A stretch of 64,000 nucleotides of DNA from Verrucomicrobiota bacterium (GTDB lineage Bacteria; Verrucomicrobiota; Verrucomicrobiia; Limisphaerales; Palsa-1400): the NCBI GenBank assembly GCA_049510745.1, contig JBEKYR010000002.1, positions 64,001 to 128,000 of the forward strand. Reading direction: 5' to 3'. Under the pieces are notes generated by a model. The model was not told the DNA's origin. It saw only the letters and a program-made list of their open reading frames with translations, and did not search any database. Positions 45,051-54,341 of this stretch are shown one piece after another. Made by a program: the position numbers and the translations under genes. Each line of letters begins with the position of its first letter. Within the stretch, counting starts at the first letter, position 1.

Positions 45051-47447
45051 TCATTCAGCCCGCAATGACAGCCGCGCCTCCGGCAGGCCGGGCGCGGACA
45101 CAGTCAGCTCAATCGTTCCCGCCGCGCGCGCGCTTTGCACCAGAGCGAGCGCCCGTCCCTGCCGCGTGCGGCGCGTTGGCGACCGCAACGCGCTCATGTC
45201 GCGCTGATCGCCATTGTCCAGGCCGAGCAACCGGCCGGCGCCCGTGACTTTCGCCGTGCAGAGCGCATCCGCGTTGGGGACCAGCACGCCGTTGGCGTCC
45301 ACCAGGCGCACCTCCACATGCGCCACGTCGCGGCCGTCCGCGGCGAGTTGAGCCGGCTCCGCCGCCAGCTCGAGCCGCGTGGGAGCGCCCGCGGTGACGA
45401 GGCGGTTCTCGACCGTTTGCCCGGCGCGCGTTCCGACGGCTTTGAGTTCCCCGGCTTTGAAGGGCACTTTCCATGAGAAGACGCAGTTCCTGGCATCGGC
45501 CGCTGATTTGCGGCCCAGCGACTGGCCGTTGAGAAAGAGTTCAACCGCCTCGCAGTTGGCATAAACGTCCACCGGCAACTCCGGGCGTGAATCCTCCTGC
45601 CAGTTCCAATGGTTCTCCACCGCCGCTCCGCCCTGCCCCCATTCCCGTGCGCTGCCGCGGACTGAACGGACGCCGGCAAAGACCACCGGCTTTTCCGACC
45701 AGAGCGCCACGCGCAAGGCGCCGCGCGGTTTGAGGAAGCCGCGCGTGTCGAACAATCCCGCCGCCGAACCGCGCGAGGGCCACGAGTCGGCTTCACCCAG
45801 GTAATCGAATCCCACCCACAGGAACTGCCCCGTCACGCGCGGGCGCCGCGTGATCTGGACGTACTCCATGCCGAAGCCGGTTTCGCTGCCCACGAACTTG
45901 CGGGCGGGAAACGCGGCGAAGTCCTTTTCGTACTGCTCGATCTGGTAGTTGTAACCCGCCACGTCGAGCAAGTCCGCCAGACCCGTCGCGTTCGACGCCG
46001 GCAGGTTGGCCAGCGCCGCCGTGACCGGGCGCGACGAGTCACACTCGCGAACGACCTTGATCAGGCGCGGCGCGATCTGGGCGAGGATTTCGGCGGACGG
46101 GTTTTGCGGACGGTAGCGATTGCCGTCAGCGGGGTGGCTGAAGGGATCGTTGGGGTAATCGATTTCGTTGCCGATGCTCCAGAGCACGATGCTCGGATGA
46201 TTGCGGTCGCGCAGCGCCATCTCGCGCAAGTCGGCCTCGGCCCATTGGTTGAAAACCTCCGCGTAGCCATGCCGCGAGGGCGTGCCGGCGTTGCGGCCCT
46301 CGATCCATTTGTTCTTGGCGCCGGTCCATTCGTCGAAGGCCTCGTCCATCACCATCAGCCCCATCCGGTCACAAAGGTCGTAGAACTCCGGCGCCGCGGG
46401 ATTGTGCGAAGTGCGAATCGCGTTGCAGCCGCACTCCTTCGCCAGGCGCAAACGGCGCTCCAGGACTTTATCGGGTACCGCCGCCCCCACCACTCCGGCA
46501 TCGTGGTGCAGGCAGATGCCTTTGAACTTCGTTGACTGGCCGTTGAGGAAAAACCCCTCTTGCGCGTCGAATCGAATCGAGCGGATGCCAAACGGCGTCT
46601 CGAGGCGATCCACCACCTTTCCCGCCGCCCGAATCGTGGTGACGGCGCGGTAAAGAGCCGGCGTGGCCGGCGACCACAGCTTCGGCGAAGTCACCTCCGC
46701 GCTCTGCGTGAACACCCGTTCTCCACCGGCGGGAATGGTTTCCCGGCTTGTGACTTGTTGCACCGCTTTCCGGCCGGGATCGGCCAGTTCGGTCACCAGC
46801 TCCACTTCGGCGCCGGCAGCGGTCTCGTTCTGCACGCGCGTTTGAATCGCCACCCGCGCCCGTTCCGGCGTCACTTCCGGAGTGGTCACGTACAAGCCGT
46901 GCCTGGCGACGTGCAGCTTCTCGGTGGCGTTGAGCCAAACGTGCCGATAAATGCCCGAGCCGGTGTACCAGCGGGAATCGACGATCTGCGAATGATCCAC
47001 CCGGACCGCGAGGACATTCGTCCCCGGCCGCACGTGCGGCGTCAGATCGTAACTGAAGGTTGAGTAGGCATAGGGCCGTTTCCCAAGAAAGTGTCCGTTG
47101 ATCCAGACCTCGCTGTTCATCGAAACACCATCGAACTCGACGCTTACGAGCTTGTTCCGCCAGTCGGCCGGGATCACGACCGTTTTGCGGTACCAGGCAA
47201 TGCCGCCGGGCAGGAAAGCCGTGCAACTGGCATTGGTGCGGGAGAAGTCTCCCTCGGCGCTGAAATCATGCGGCACATCCAGCAGGCGCCACGACCCGTC
47301 CGCGAACTCCGGCGCCGACGCGGCGGGGACATCACCCAAATGGAATCGCCAATCGAAGTCAATGTTCGTCCGCTGCCGCGGAGTTTCCGCCGCCTCCATC
47401 AAGGTGGCGGCGGCAAGCGAGAGGACCATCGCGCGAAGGAGATTCAT
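45051..47447 (-). CDS. Glycoside hydrolase family 2 (beta-galactosidase-like), secreted
   Basis: SRWYTGSGIYR, NAIRTSHNP, RDRNHPSIVLWSIGNE, GSET; signal peptide. Confidence 0.95.
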   Translation of the reverse strand: MNLLRAMVLSLAAATLMEAAETPRQRTNIDFDWRFHLGDVPAASAPEFADGSWRLLDVPHDFSAEGDFSRTNASCTAFLPGGIAWYRKTVVIPADWRNKLVSVEFDGVSMNSEVWINGHFLGKRPYAYSTFSYDLTPHVRPGTNVLAVRVDHSQIVDSRWYTGSGIYRHVWLNATEKLHVARHGLYVTTPEVTPERARVAIQTRVQNETAAGAEVELVTELADPGRKAVQQVTSRETIPAGGERVFTQSAEVTSPKLWSPATPALYRAVTTIRAAGKVVDRLETPFGIRSIRFDAQEGFFLNGQSTKFKGICLHHDAGVVGAAVPDKVLERRLRLAKECGCNAIRTSHNPAAPEFYDLCDRMGLMVMDEAFDEWTGAKNKWIEGRNAGTPSRHGYAEVFNQWAEADLREMALRDRNHPSIVLWSIGNEIDYPNDPFSHPADGNRYRPQNPSAEILAQIAPRLIKVVRECDSSRPVTAALANLPASNATGLADLLDVAGYNYQIEQYEKDFAAFPARKFVGSETGFGMEYVQITRRPRVTGQFLWVGFDYLGEADSWPSRGSAAGLFDTRGFLKPRGALRVALWSEKPVVFAGVRSVRGSAREWGQGGAAVENHWNWQEDSRPELPVDVYANCEAVELFLNGQSLGRKSAADARNCVFSWKVPFKAGELKAVGTRAGQTVENRLVTAGAPTRLELAAEPAQLAADGRDVAHVEVRLVDANGVLVPNADALCTAKVTGAGRLLGLDNGDQRDMSALRSPTRRTRQGRALALVQSARAAGTIELTVSAPGLPEARLSLRAE

Positions 47448-47547
47448 GCGCCAACGTATAACGCCAACGCGGCCGGGAGGCAACTTCCTGCCGCCCGGCT
47501 GGTACGGCGGAGGCTTCTCGCTCTTTGCCGTTCAAGAACGCGCAGCC

Positions 47548-49092
47548 CTAAAACGTGAGCATGATCTCGGCGCGGAGAAAGGTCATCAGCGAATGGTTGA
47601 CATAGAAGTCGCCGGGGAAGAGCAACTCAGCCCAAAGATGCCCGCTGAGGTGCTGGTTGAATTTATATTTGAGCACGGCTTGGAGGTACTGACCGCGGTC
47701 ATCCCCCGTGCCGGTAAACGCTTCAGACGCGGCCGGCTGGTGGAATGCATTGTTCAGGTCGCGTGTCGGCACGTCCTGGTCGGCCAGCAGCAGATAGTAG
47801 CTCATGTCGAACTCCATCTTCGGCATCGGATTCACGGTCCACGTGGGGCCGAATCGAATGAGATTGGCAGTCTGCCCGACGCGCGTTTCCTGCACGTAGC
47901 TGTAAACATTGTACATCTCGCTCCATTGCGGCCACCGGCCCCACAGAACGTCAAACATTTCATCGCCGCTGGTCTTGGGGTTATCGCCGGAAAGAAACTC
48001 GAAGGAGAGGGAAGCCTGGTCATTGCATTGGTCTTTGAATTGATAGGTAAGTTTGCTCTGGGCGCCAAATGCATCCAGCCCGCGATAGCCCGTCGATTGC
48101 GCGGAGGGCGCAAGGTCCGGGTTGGCTCCGTTCTGGTTGAGTTCCGGGTCCTGTTTTCGCCCGAACTGGTAGGCGCCTTCGACCGAGTACTTCCATCGCT
48201 CCTCGACCAACCCCGAGAGCCGGCCGCCCAGCGTGTAAATATCGCCGTTGTCGCCGAAGGTCTGCGAGGGATAGTCGTTGATCCGCTTATCATGTTTGTA
48301 AATGAAGTATCCGTCCAGGTTGGCGTACTCCAGGCTCTTGTTGGCCACCCAGAGGATGGCGCCCTTTTCGTCCTGATCCGTCAAAGTGAGCGGTTCCACG
48401 TTGTCTCCCGCCTTGGTCGAAGGTCCGATGGTCGGCAGCCAGGCGTCGGGCCGCGCGTACTGGACCAAGCCGATGGCGTCAATCGTCGTGTGCAGGTCTT
48501 CGAGCTTGTAAGTCAGACGCGCGGCGTCCAGAAACGTGGTGAACGAGCCGTCCTCCGGAGTTCCGTCCCCGACCAGCCAGCCGTCTCCCAGGAAAATATC
48601 CTGCCGGCCAACGGTAAGGGTTGCGGGAAGATCGAGCGGTTTTTTCCACTGGACGTTCAAGGTGTCGAATATCCCGTAACGCCCTTGCAGGCCCGACTGC
48701 TGGTAGAACGTGTCCATGGTCGCGGGTTTGAGAAATTCCCGCGGCTCCGCCGCCAGGCGGACGTTCAAAGTCAAATCATTGGTCGGCATGAAGCTGGCCC
48801 AAATCCGGCCCCGGAAGCGGAGGTAATCATTTTCATGCACTTTGCCAAAGTCCACCTGACCGGCCGGAGGCACTCCCAGGCTCAGAGCGTTATCGAAATA
48901 CTCGTTGCGCAAGCGCAAGTCGCCGCCCCAACTGAACCAGGGAGCCGGGTTTTTGATGTCTTGGATGGTTTGTTCCAGATCACTCGGAGCAGGCGGCGCC
49001 GAGCTTCCGGCGGTGGAGACGGTGGATTGGGCGTTGCTCAGGGCCAGGGATCCGGCCAGAGCCAGGGTTGTCAATAGTCGGTTTGGATTCAT
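47548..49092 (-). CDS. Alginate-export-family outer-membrane porin
   Basis: Signal peptide, DLRLRNEY, VGRQDI, EGAYQFG, C-terminal Phe. Confidence 0.75.
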   Translation of the reverse strand: MNPNRLLTTLALAGSLALSNAQSTVSTAGSSAPPAPSDLEQTIQDIKNPAPWFSWGGDLRLRNEYFDNALSLGVPPAGQVDFGKVHENDYLRFRGRIWASFMPTNDLTLNVRLAAEPREFLKPATMDTFYQQSGLQGRYGIFDTLNVQWKKPLDLPATLTVGRQDIFLGDGWLVGDGTPEDGSFTTFLDAARLTYKLEDLHTTIDAIGLVQYARPDAWLPTIGPSTKAGDNVEPLTLTDQDEKGAILWVANKSLEYANLDGYFIYKHDKRINDYPSQTFGDNGDIYTLGGRLSGLVEERWKYSVEGAYQFGRKQDPELNQNGANPDLAPSAQSTGYRGLDAFGAQSKLTYQFKDQCNDQASLSFEFLSGDNPKTSGDEMFDVLWGRWPQWSEMYNVYSYVQETRVGQTANLIRFGPTWTVNPMPKMEFDMSYYLLLADQDVPTRDLNNAFHQPAASEAFTGTGDDRGQYLQAVLKYKFNQHLSGHLWAELLFPGDFYVNHSLMTFLRAEIMLTF

Positions 49093-50369
49093 AGATTTGG
49101 GCTTTGTTTGAGTTCTGAATGATTGTCTGCGGGTGAAACATCGGGCGGCGGTGGGGCCGGCTTGGCCCGCGTTCCCGGCGGTTTGGTCACCATCGCCAGC
49201 AAGGCTCCGAGCACCAGCATCCCCGCCGAAATTTGATAGGCATGAAGATACGAGTGGAAGTGATCGTTAATTCCCGCGCCCAGAAGAGGGCCGACCACAC
49301 CCGCGATGCCGAAAGCGGTGAAGACCAAACCATAATTGACGCCGAGATTGCGGAGGCCGTAGAAATCCGCCGTCGCCGTGGGCATCAGCGTAAAGATTGT
49401 TCCGTAGCAAAGCCCGGTGAACGCCGAACCGAAAATCACCAACCCTGGACTGTCGTAATGGCTGAAGGCCAGCATATTCACCGCCTGCGCCAGAAACGCC
49501 AGCGTCATCGTCCGGGTCCGTCCGATTCTGTCCGAGAGCCACCCGCTGAGAAGGCGGCCCAGCGTGTTGAAGATGGCCAGCGTGGCGATGGGCACAAATC
49601 CCCACTTCCACTGCGCCTGCTCCTTTGCGATCATGGCCACCTGCGTAATGATCATCATGCCCGCCGAGGCCGAGAGCACCATCATCAACCAAAGTTGGTA
49701 GAACTGTCCGGTGCGCAGCATCTCCCCCCAATCCGACTCGACCCGGGAGGCAACCGCCGTTGGAGTGGCGGAGGCCGGCGCCACCGGCTGTTCCGGCGGG
49801 TTTCGCAAAAGTTGCGCCAGCAGCGGCACCAGAACCACCGTCCCTGCGCCGAGCCAGACAAAGGTCATCGAAATACTGGTTTGCGCCAGAAGGTACTGGG
49901 TGAGCGGGGAGATATAAACCGCTGCCAGGCCCACGCCGCTGACCACAATTCCGGTGATGACACCCTTGCGCGCGGGCGGAAACCATTTTATGGAGGGCGG
50001 GGTGGTCGCTGAGTAACCGAGACCAATCCCCAGCCCGGCGCCGACGCCAAAGGTCAACGCCATCAGGGTGGGAGTATGAACCAGCCCCGACGCAACCAGG
50101 CCGAGACCCAGCATGATGCCCCCGGCCGTCGCCACAAGCCGCGGGCCGAATTTGTCCTGGCATCGCCCCGCGAACACCATCATCCCGGCAAAACAAACTG
50201 TGGCCACGGTGAACGGCAGGGTCGCGTCAGTCTTTGTCCAATGCCAATCGCTGACGAGCGCTTTGGCAACGACCCCCCACGCGTACAACACGCCGAGGAT
50301 CAGGTTGATGGACAGGGCAGCAATGACAACGGTCCAGCCCTTGGTGACAAGCGGTTTCTTTTCGTTCAT
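49089..50369 (-). CDS. OFA (oxalate/formate antiporter) family MFS transporter
   Basis: LGVLYAW, QDKFGPR, KWFP..KG, SDRIGR, GVNYG. Confidence 0.88.
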   Translation of the reverse strand: MNEKKPLVTKGWTVVIAALSINLILGVLYAWGVVAKALVSDWHWTKTDATLPFTVATVCFAGMMVFAGRCQDKFGPRLVATAGGIMLGLGLVASGLVHTPTLMALTFGVGAGLGIGLGYSATTPPSIKWFPPARKGVITGIVVSGVGLAAVYISPLTQYLLAQTSISMTFVWLGAGTVVLVPLLAQLLRNPPEQPVAPASATPTAVASRVESDWGEMLRTGQFYQLWLMMVLSASAGMMIITQVAMIAKEQAQWKWGFVPIATLAIFNTLGRLLSGWLSDRIGRTRTMTLAFLAQAVNMLAFSHYDSPGLVIFGSAFTGLCYGTIFTLMPTATADFYGLRNLGVNYGLVFTAFGIAGVVGPLLGAGINDHFHSYLHAYQISAGMLVLGALLAMVTKPPGTRAKPAPPPPDVSPADNHSELKQSPNL

Positions 50370-50393
50370 TCGTGCCTCCTGATTCAGGTTCGT

Positions 50394-50822
50394 TTAAACG
50401 GTCAGCGCCTCCTTTTGTGTCAGGACGTGGAGTCCGTGCTTCTTTAGAACATCGCCGGCTTGGGCGGCATCCTGGACTTCCAGGACCAGGATGGCGCGAT
50501 CATTGGCCACGAAACCCGAGGTGTTGGCGAGGTTGATGTTATGGGCCGCCAGGCAATCGGCGACCGTGTGCAAGGCGCCCGGCTTGTCCGCCATCTCCAC
50601 GGCGATCACGTCCGTCAACGTCGCGGCCAAGCCCTCCTGTTGAAGAGCGCGACAGGCCAGCTCAGGGTCGTTGACCAGCAATTTCATCACCCCGAAAGTG
50701 CCGCTGCTGGCCACGGTGATGCAGCGGATGTTGATGTTGGCGCGCGCCAAAATACCGGTGACGCGGGCGGCCTGGCCTGGCCGGTTTTCAGCGAACACCG
50801 CCACCAGTTTAACCGTGTTCAT
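50394..50822 (-). CDS. Tandem ACT-domain protein
   Basis: VFAENRPG, DKPGAL; typical paaK neighbour. Confidence 0.88.
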   Translation of the reverse strand: MNTVKLVAVFAENRPGQAARVTGILARANINIRCITVASSGTFGVMKLLVNDPELACRALQQEGLAATLTDVIAVEMADKPGALHTVADCLAAHNINLANTSGFVANDRAILVLEVQDAAQAGDVLKKHGLHVLTQKEALTV

Positions 50823-50844
50823 AGAGTTGATGGTTTGGGTCAGT

Positions 50845-52134
50845 TCAAAGGGATCGCTTGTCAATGACACGCTTGGCCTTGCCTTCCGAGACCGGCAACG
50901 AACCGCAGGCCACCAGGTCCACCTTCGGCCGAATCCACAGTTCGGCCCGCAGCTTTTCCGCCACCTCTTCCTGCAGTTCAGTCAGGTGCCCGACCTGCCC
51001 GTCGAAACCCGAGGGCGACAATTCCACCTTCACCGTCATCTCGTCCAGGCCCTCCAGTTGGATCAGGTAGTTGCGCCCAATCTGCGGGATCGACATCAGC
51101 ACCCGCTCGATTTGTTGCGGGAATATATTCACCCCGCGCACGATCAACATGTCGTCCGACCGCCCGGTGATGCGGTGGACGCGCCGGTGAGTGCGCCCGC
51201 AGGCGCAAGGGCCGGGGATGAGTGACGTGAGGTCGCGCGTTCGATAGCGCAACAACGGCATCGCTTCGCGGTTGATGCTGGTCAAGACCAATTCGCCGGT
51301 CTCCCCCTCGCTTACCGGTTCGCACGTCACCGGGTTGATGATCTCCAGGACGAAATTGTCCTCCCACACGTGCAGGCCGCATTTGCCCTCGCACTCGAAC
51401 GCCACGCCGGGTCCGTTCATTTCGGTCAAGCCGTACGAGTTATAGACGTCAATTCCCAGCGCCGCTTCGATCTTGCGCCTGGTTTCTTCCGTGTAAGGCT
51501 CGGCGCCCACAAACGCCTTCCGCAACGCCAGGTCCTTTCGCGGGTCAACCCCCTTTTTCTCCAGAAAATCGGCGAAGTAAAACGCGTAGCTGGGCGTGAC
51601 GTGGATCACCGTCGTTCTGAAGTCCTGCATGAGCAGCAACTGGCGTTCGGAGGTCCCCGGCCCGGCCGGGATCACCATGCAGCCCACTTTCTCCGCCCCG
51701 TAGTGCATCACCAAGCCGCCCGTGAAAAGTCCGTAGCTCATCATGTTCTGGAACACGTCGCGCCGCGTCACCCCTGTCATGCATAAGGCGCGGGCGATCA
51801 GTTCCGCCGCCGTGTCCACATCGCGCCTGGAGAAAAACAACGCCTTTGGTTTTCCCGTTGTGCCGCTGGAGGTGTGGAGCCGGAGCACTTCGTCCCGCGA
51901 AACGGCCAGCAATCCATCCGGGTAATTCTCCCTCAAATCCGCCGCGGTGGTGAAGGGGAGCCGCCGCATGTCGGCCGCCGATTTTATCTCCTCCGGCTTG
52001 AGGCCCGTCTCCAGGAACTTCCCGCGATAAAACGGCACCCGCTCCAACCTGCGGAGGGTTTCCCGCAGTCGTTTGAGTTGCAGAGCATCGAGCGCCGGCC
52101 GGTCCAGCGTTTCCATTTCCTGCTGCCAAAACAT
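50845..52134 (-). CDS. paaK: Phenylacetate-CoA ligase family
   Basis: HTSSGTTGKP, YGLTE, RYRTRD, GRSDDMLIVRGVN, GKAKRVID. Confidence 0.92.
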   Translation of the reverse strand: MFWQQEMETLDRPALDALQLKRLRETLRRLERVPFYRGKFLETGLKPEEIKSAADMRRLPFTTAADLRENYPDGLLAVSRDEVLRLHTSSGTTGKPKALFFSRRDVDTAAELIARALCMTGVTRRDVFQNMMSYGLFTGGLVMHYGAEKVGCMVIPAGPGTSERQLLLMQDFRTTVIHVTPSYAFYFADFLEKKGVDPRKDLALRKAFVGAEPYTEETRRKIEAALGIDVYNSYGLTEMNGPGVAFECEGKCGLHVWEDNFVLEIINPVTCEPVSEGETGELVLTSINREAMPLLRYRTRDLTSLIPGPCACGRTHRRVHRITGRSDDMLIVRGVNIFPQQIERVLMSIPQIGRNYLIQLEGLDEMTVKVELSPSGFDGQVGHLTELQEEVAEKLRAELWIRPKVDLVACGSLPVSEGKAKRVIDKRSL

Positions 52135-52207
52135 TGAATTAGGCGCGATGATATAACTTGCTTTTATCTGATGCAACACTTATTTTTGGCCTTCTAAAAG
52201 GCACAAT

Positions 52208-53833
52208 ATGGATGATGGAAACAGGCTCCTGCTCAGCGGGGACGAAGCCATCGCGCTCGCCGGCTGGCACGCGGGCGTGGCCCTCGGCACGGGCTATCCC
52301 GGCACGCCCTCCACCGAAATTCTCGAGAATTTTTCAAGGCTCGGCGGCCGCGCCCAATGGTCCCCCAACGAAAAGGTGGCGCTGGAGGTCGCCATCGGCG
52401 CGGCCTTTGGCGGCGCCCGCGCCCTGGCCACCATGAAACATGTCGGCCTGAACGTCGCCTCCGACCCCCTGTTCACGGCGGCCTACACCGGAGTGACAGG
52501 CGCCCTGGTGATCGTCTCCGCCGATGATCCGGGAATGCACTCCAGCCAAAACGAACAGGACAACCGTCACTACGCCGTCGCCGCCGGCGTGCCCATGCTC
52601 GAGCCGTCCGATTCCCAGGAGGCTTACGATTTCCTGCGCGCCGCCATCGAAATTTCCGAGCGCTGGCAGATTCCCGTCCTGCTTCGCGCCACGACGCGGG
52701 TTTGCCACAGTTCCACGGTGGTGCGGCCGCGTCCCCAGCGCGACACTCCCAAAGCCGCGAACTTCGTCCGCGATTTGAAAGGGCGCGTGATGGTTCCCGG
52801 CTATGCGCGGCCCGCCCACCGGCGGTTGCGCCAGAAGCTTTCGGAAATGGCGGAATGGAACGAAGACTGCGCGCTCAACAGGGTTGTGCCGGGCGGCAAA
52901 TCCCTGGGCCTCATCACCTCCGGGATTTCCTTTATGCACGCCCGCGAAGCCGCGCCGGAGGCCAGCGTGCTCAAACTGGGCTTCACCCATCCTCTGCCGC
53001 TGCGCAAGATCGCCGCCTTCGCAAAAAGCGTCGAACGTTGCCTGGTGATCGAGGAAGGCGATCCGTGGCTCGTCGATGCCATCCGCGCCGCCGGCATTCC
53101 CGTCAGCGGCCAGCCGGAGATGTATCGCTTCGGGGAACTGGACGTGACGCGGGTGCGGCGCATCCTTCGCGCCGACACCAGTCCTGAACCCGCCCCGCCG
53201 CCGGGAAAACCGCCCCAACTCTGCGAGGCCTGTCCTTACCGAATCGTCTTCGAGGCGCTGCGCCGCCAGAACTGCATCGTGGCGGGCGACATTGGTTGCT
53301 ACACCCTGGGGGCGTTGCGGCCCTTCGAAGCGATGGATTCGTGCGTCTGCATGGGAGCGAGCCTGGGGGTCGGTTTGGGTTTGCGCCACGTCCTGCCGCC
53401 CGAGCAGGCCTGCCGGGTTGTCAGCGTCATCGGGGACGGCACTTTCATGCACAGCGGCATCGGCGGCTTGGTGGAAATGGCCTACAATCCCCCGCCCAAC
53501 GGCCATGTGGTGATTATTCTCGACAACTCCACCACCGCCATGACCGGCCACCAGGAACACCCCGGCACCGGCCGCAACCTCAAACATGAACCTACCGGAA
53601 AGGTCGTGCTCGAGGACATGGCCCGTTCGTGCGGGATTCGCCGCGTCCAGGTCATCGAACCTCGCGCCGGGTCGGACGCCTTTGATCGCGCCCTGATGGA
53701 AGCCCTCCAGAGCCGCGAACTGGCCGTCCTCATCGCGCGGAGGCCGTGCGTTCTCATCGCGCAAGACCTCAAGGAATATGAAAAACGCCGCCAATGCCAT
53801 GAAAACGGAGAACCCTGCGCGCCCGCCCTGTAA
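52208..53833 (+). CDS. iorA: Indolepyruvate:ferredoxin oxidoreductase alpha subunit
   Basis: GYPGTPSTE, NEKVALE, MKHVGLNVA, GDIGCY, GDGTF..LDNSTTAMTG. Confidence 0.92.
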   Translation: MDDGNRLLLSGDEAIALAGWHAGVALGTGYPGTPSTEILENFSRLGGRAQWSPNEKVALEVAIGAAFGGARALATMKHVGLNVASDPLFTAAYTGVTGALVIVSADDPGMHSSQNEQDNRHYAVAAGVPMLEPSDSQEAYDFLRAAIEISERWQIPVLLRATTRVCHSSTVVRPRPQRDTPKAANFVRDLKGRVMVPGYARPAHRRLRQKLSEMAEWNEDCALNRVVPGGKSLGLITSGISFMHAREAAPEASVLKLGFTHPLPLRKIAAFAKSVERCLVIEEGDPWLVDAIRAAGIPVSGQPEMYRFGELDVTRVRRILRADTSPEPAPPPGKPPQLCEACPYRIVFEALRRQNCIVAGDIGCYTLGALRPFEAMDSCVCMGASLGVGLGLRHVLPPEQACRVVSVIGDGTFMHSGIGGLVEMAYNPPPNGHVVIILDNSTTAMTGHQEHPGTGRNLKHEPTGKVVLEDMARSCGIRRVQVIEPRAGSDAFDRALMEALQSRELAVLIARRPCVLIAQDLKEYEKRRQCHENGEPCAPAL

Positions 53834-54317
53834 CATTGTCGTCGCCGGCCTGGGCGGCCAGGGCGTCCTGACCGCCACGGACATCATTGCGGATGTGGCG
53901 CTGCGCGCCGGCTTCGATGTCAAGAAGAGCGAAATCAAGGGCATGAGCCAGCGCGGCGGTTCGGTCACCTGCGACGTCCGCTTTGGCGCTCAAATCTTCA
54001 GCCCCATGGTGCCGGCCGGCGAGGCCGATTTTCTCCTGGCGCTCGAACCGACCCAACTGGAGCCGAACCGGCATCTGTTGCGTCCGGGCGGCCTGACGAT
54101 TGAACCCTCGGTGATTGACGCGGACAAGCTGCCGCATAAAAAGATGTTGAACGTCGCCCTGCTCGGCGCGTTGAGCGCACACCTCTCGATGGCCGAAGAA
54201 GAATGGCTCCAGGCTGTCGGCTCGGCCTTTGCGCCCAAGTTCTTCGAGGCAAACCGGCAGGCCTTCCTCCTGGGCCGCGCCAGCCAAAACAAGAGCGTCA
54301 ACGCAAACGCCGCCTGA
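53799..54317 (+). CDS. iorB: Indolepyruvate oxidoreductase beta subunit
   Basis: GLGGQG, GMSQRGGSV, N..LLGA. Confidence 0.9.
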   Translation: MKTENPARPPCNIVVAGLGGQGVLTATDIIADVALRAGFDVKKSEIKGMSQRGGSVTCDVRFGAQIFSPMVPAGEADFLLALEPTQLEPNRHLLRPGGLTIEPSVIDADKLPHKKMLNVALLGALSAHLSMAEEEWLQAVGSAFAPKFFEANRQAFLLGRASQNKSVNANAA

Positions 54318-54341
54318 ACCCCTGCGCCTTCCAACAGCCCG

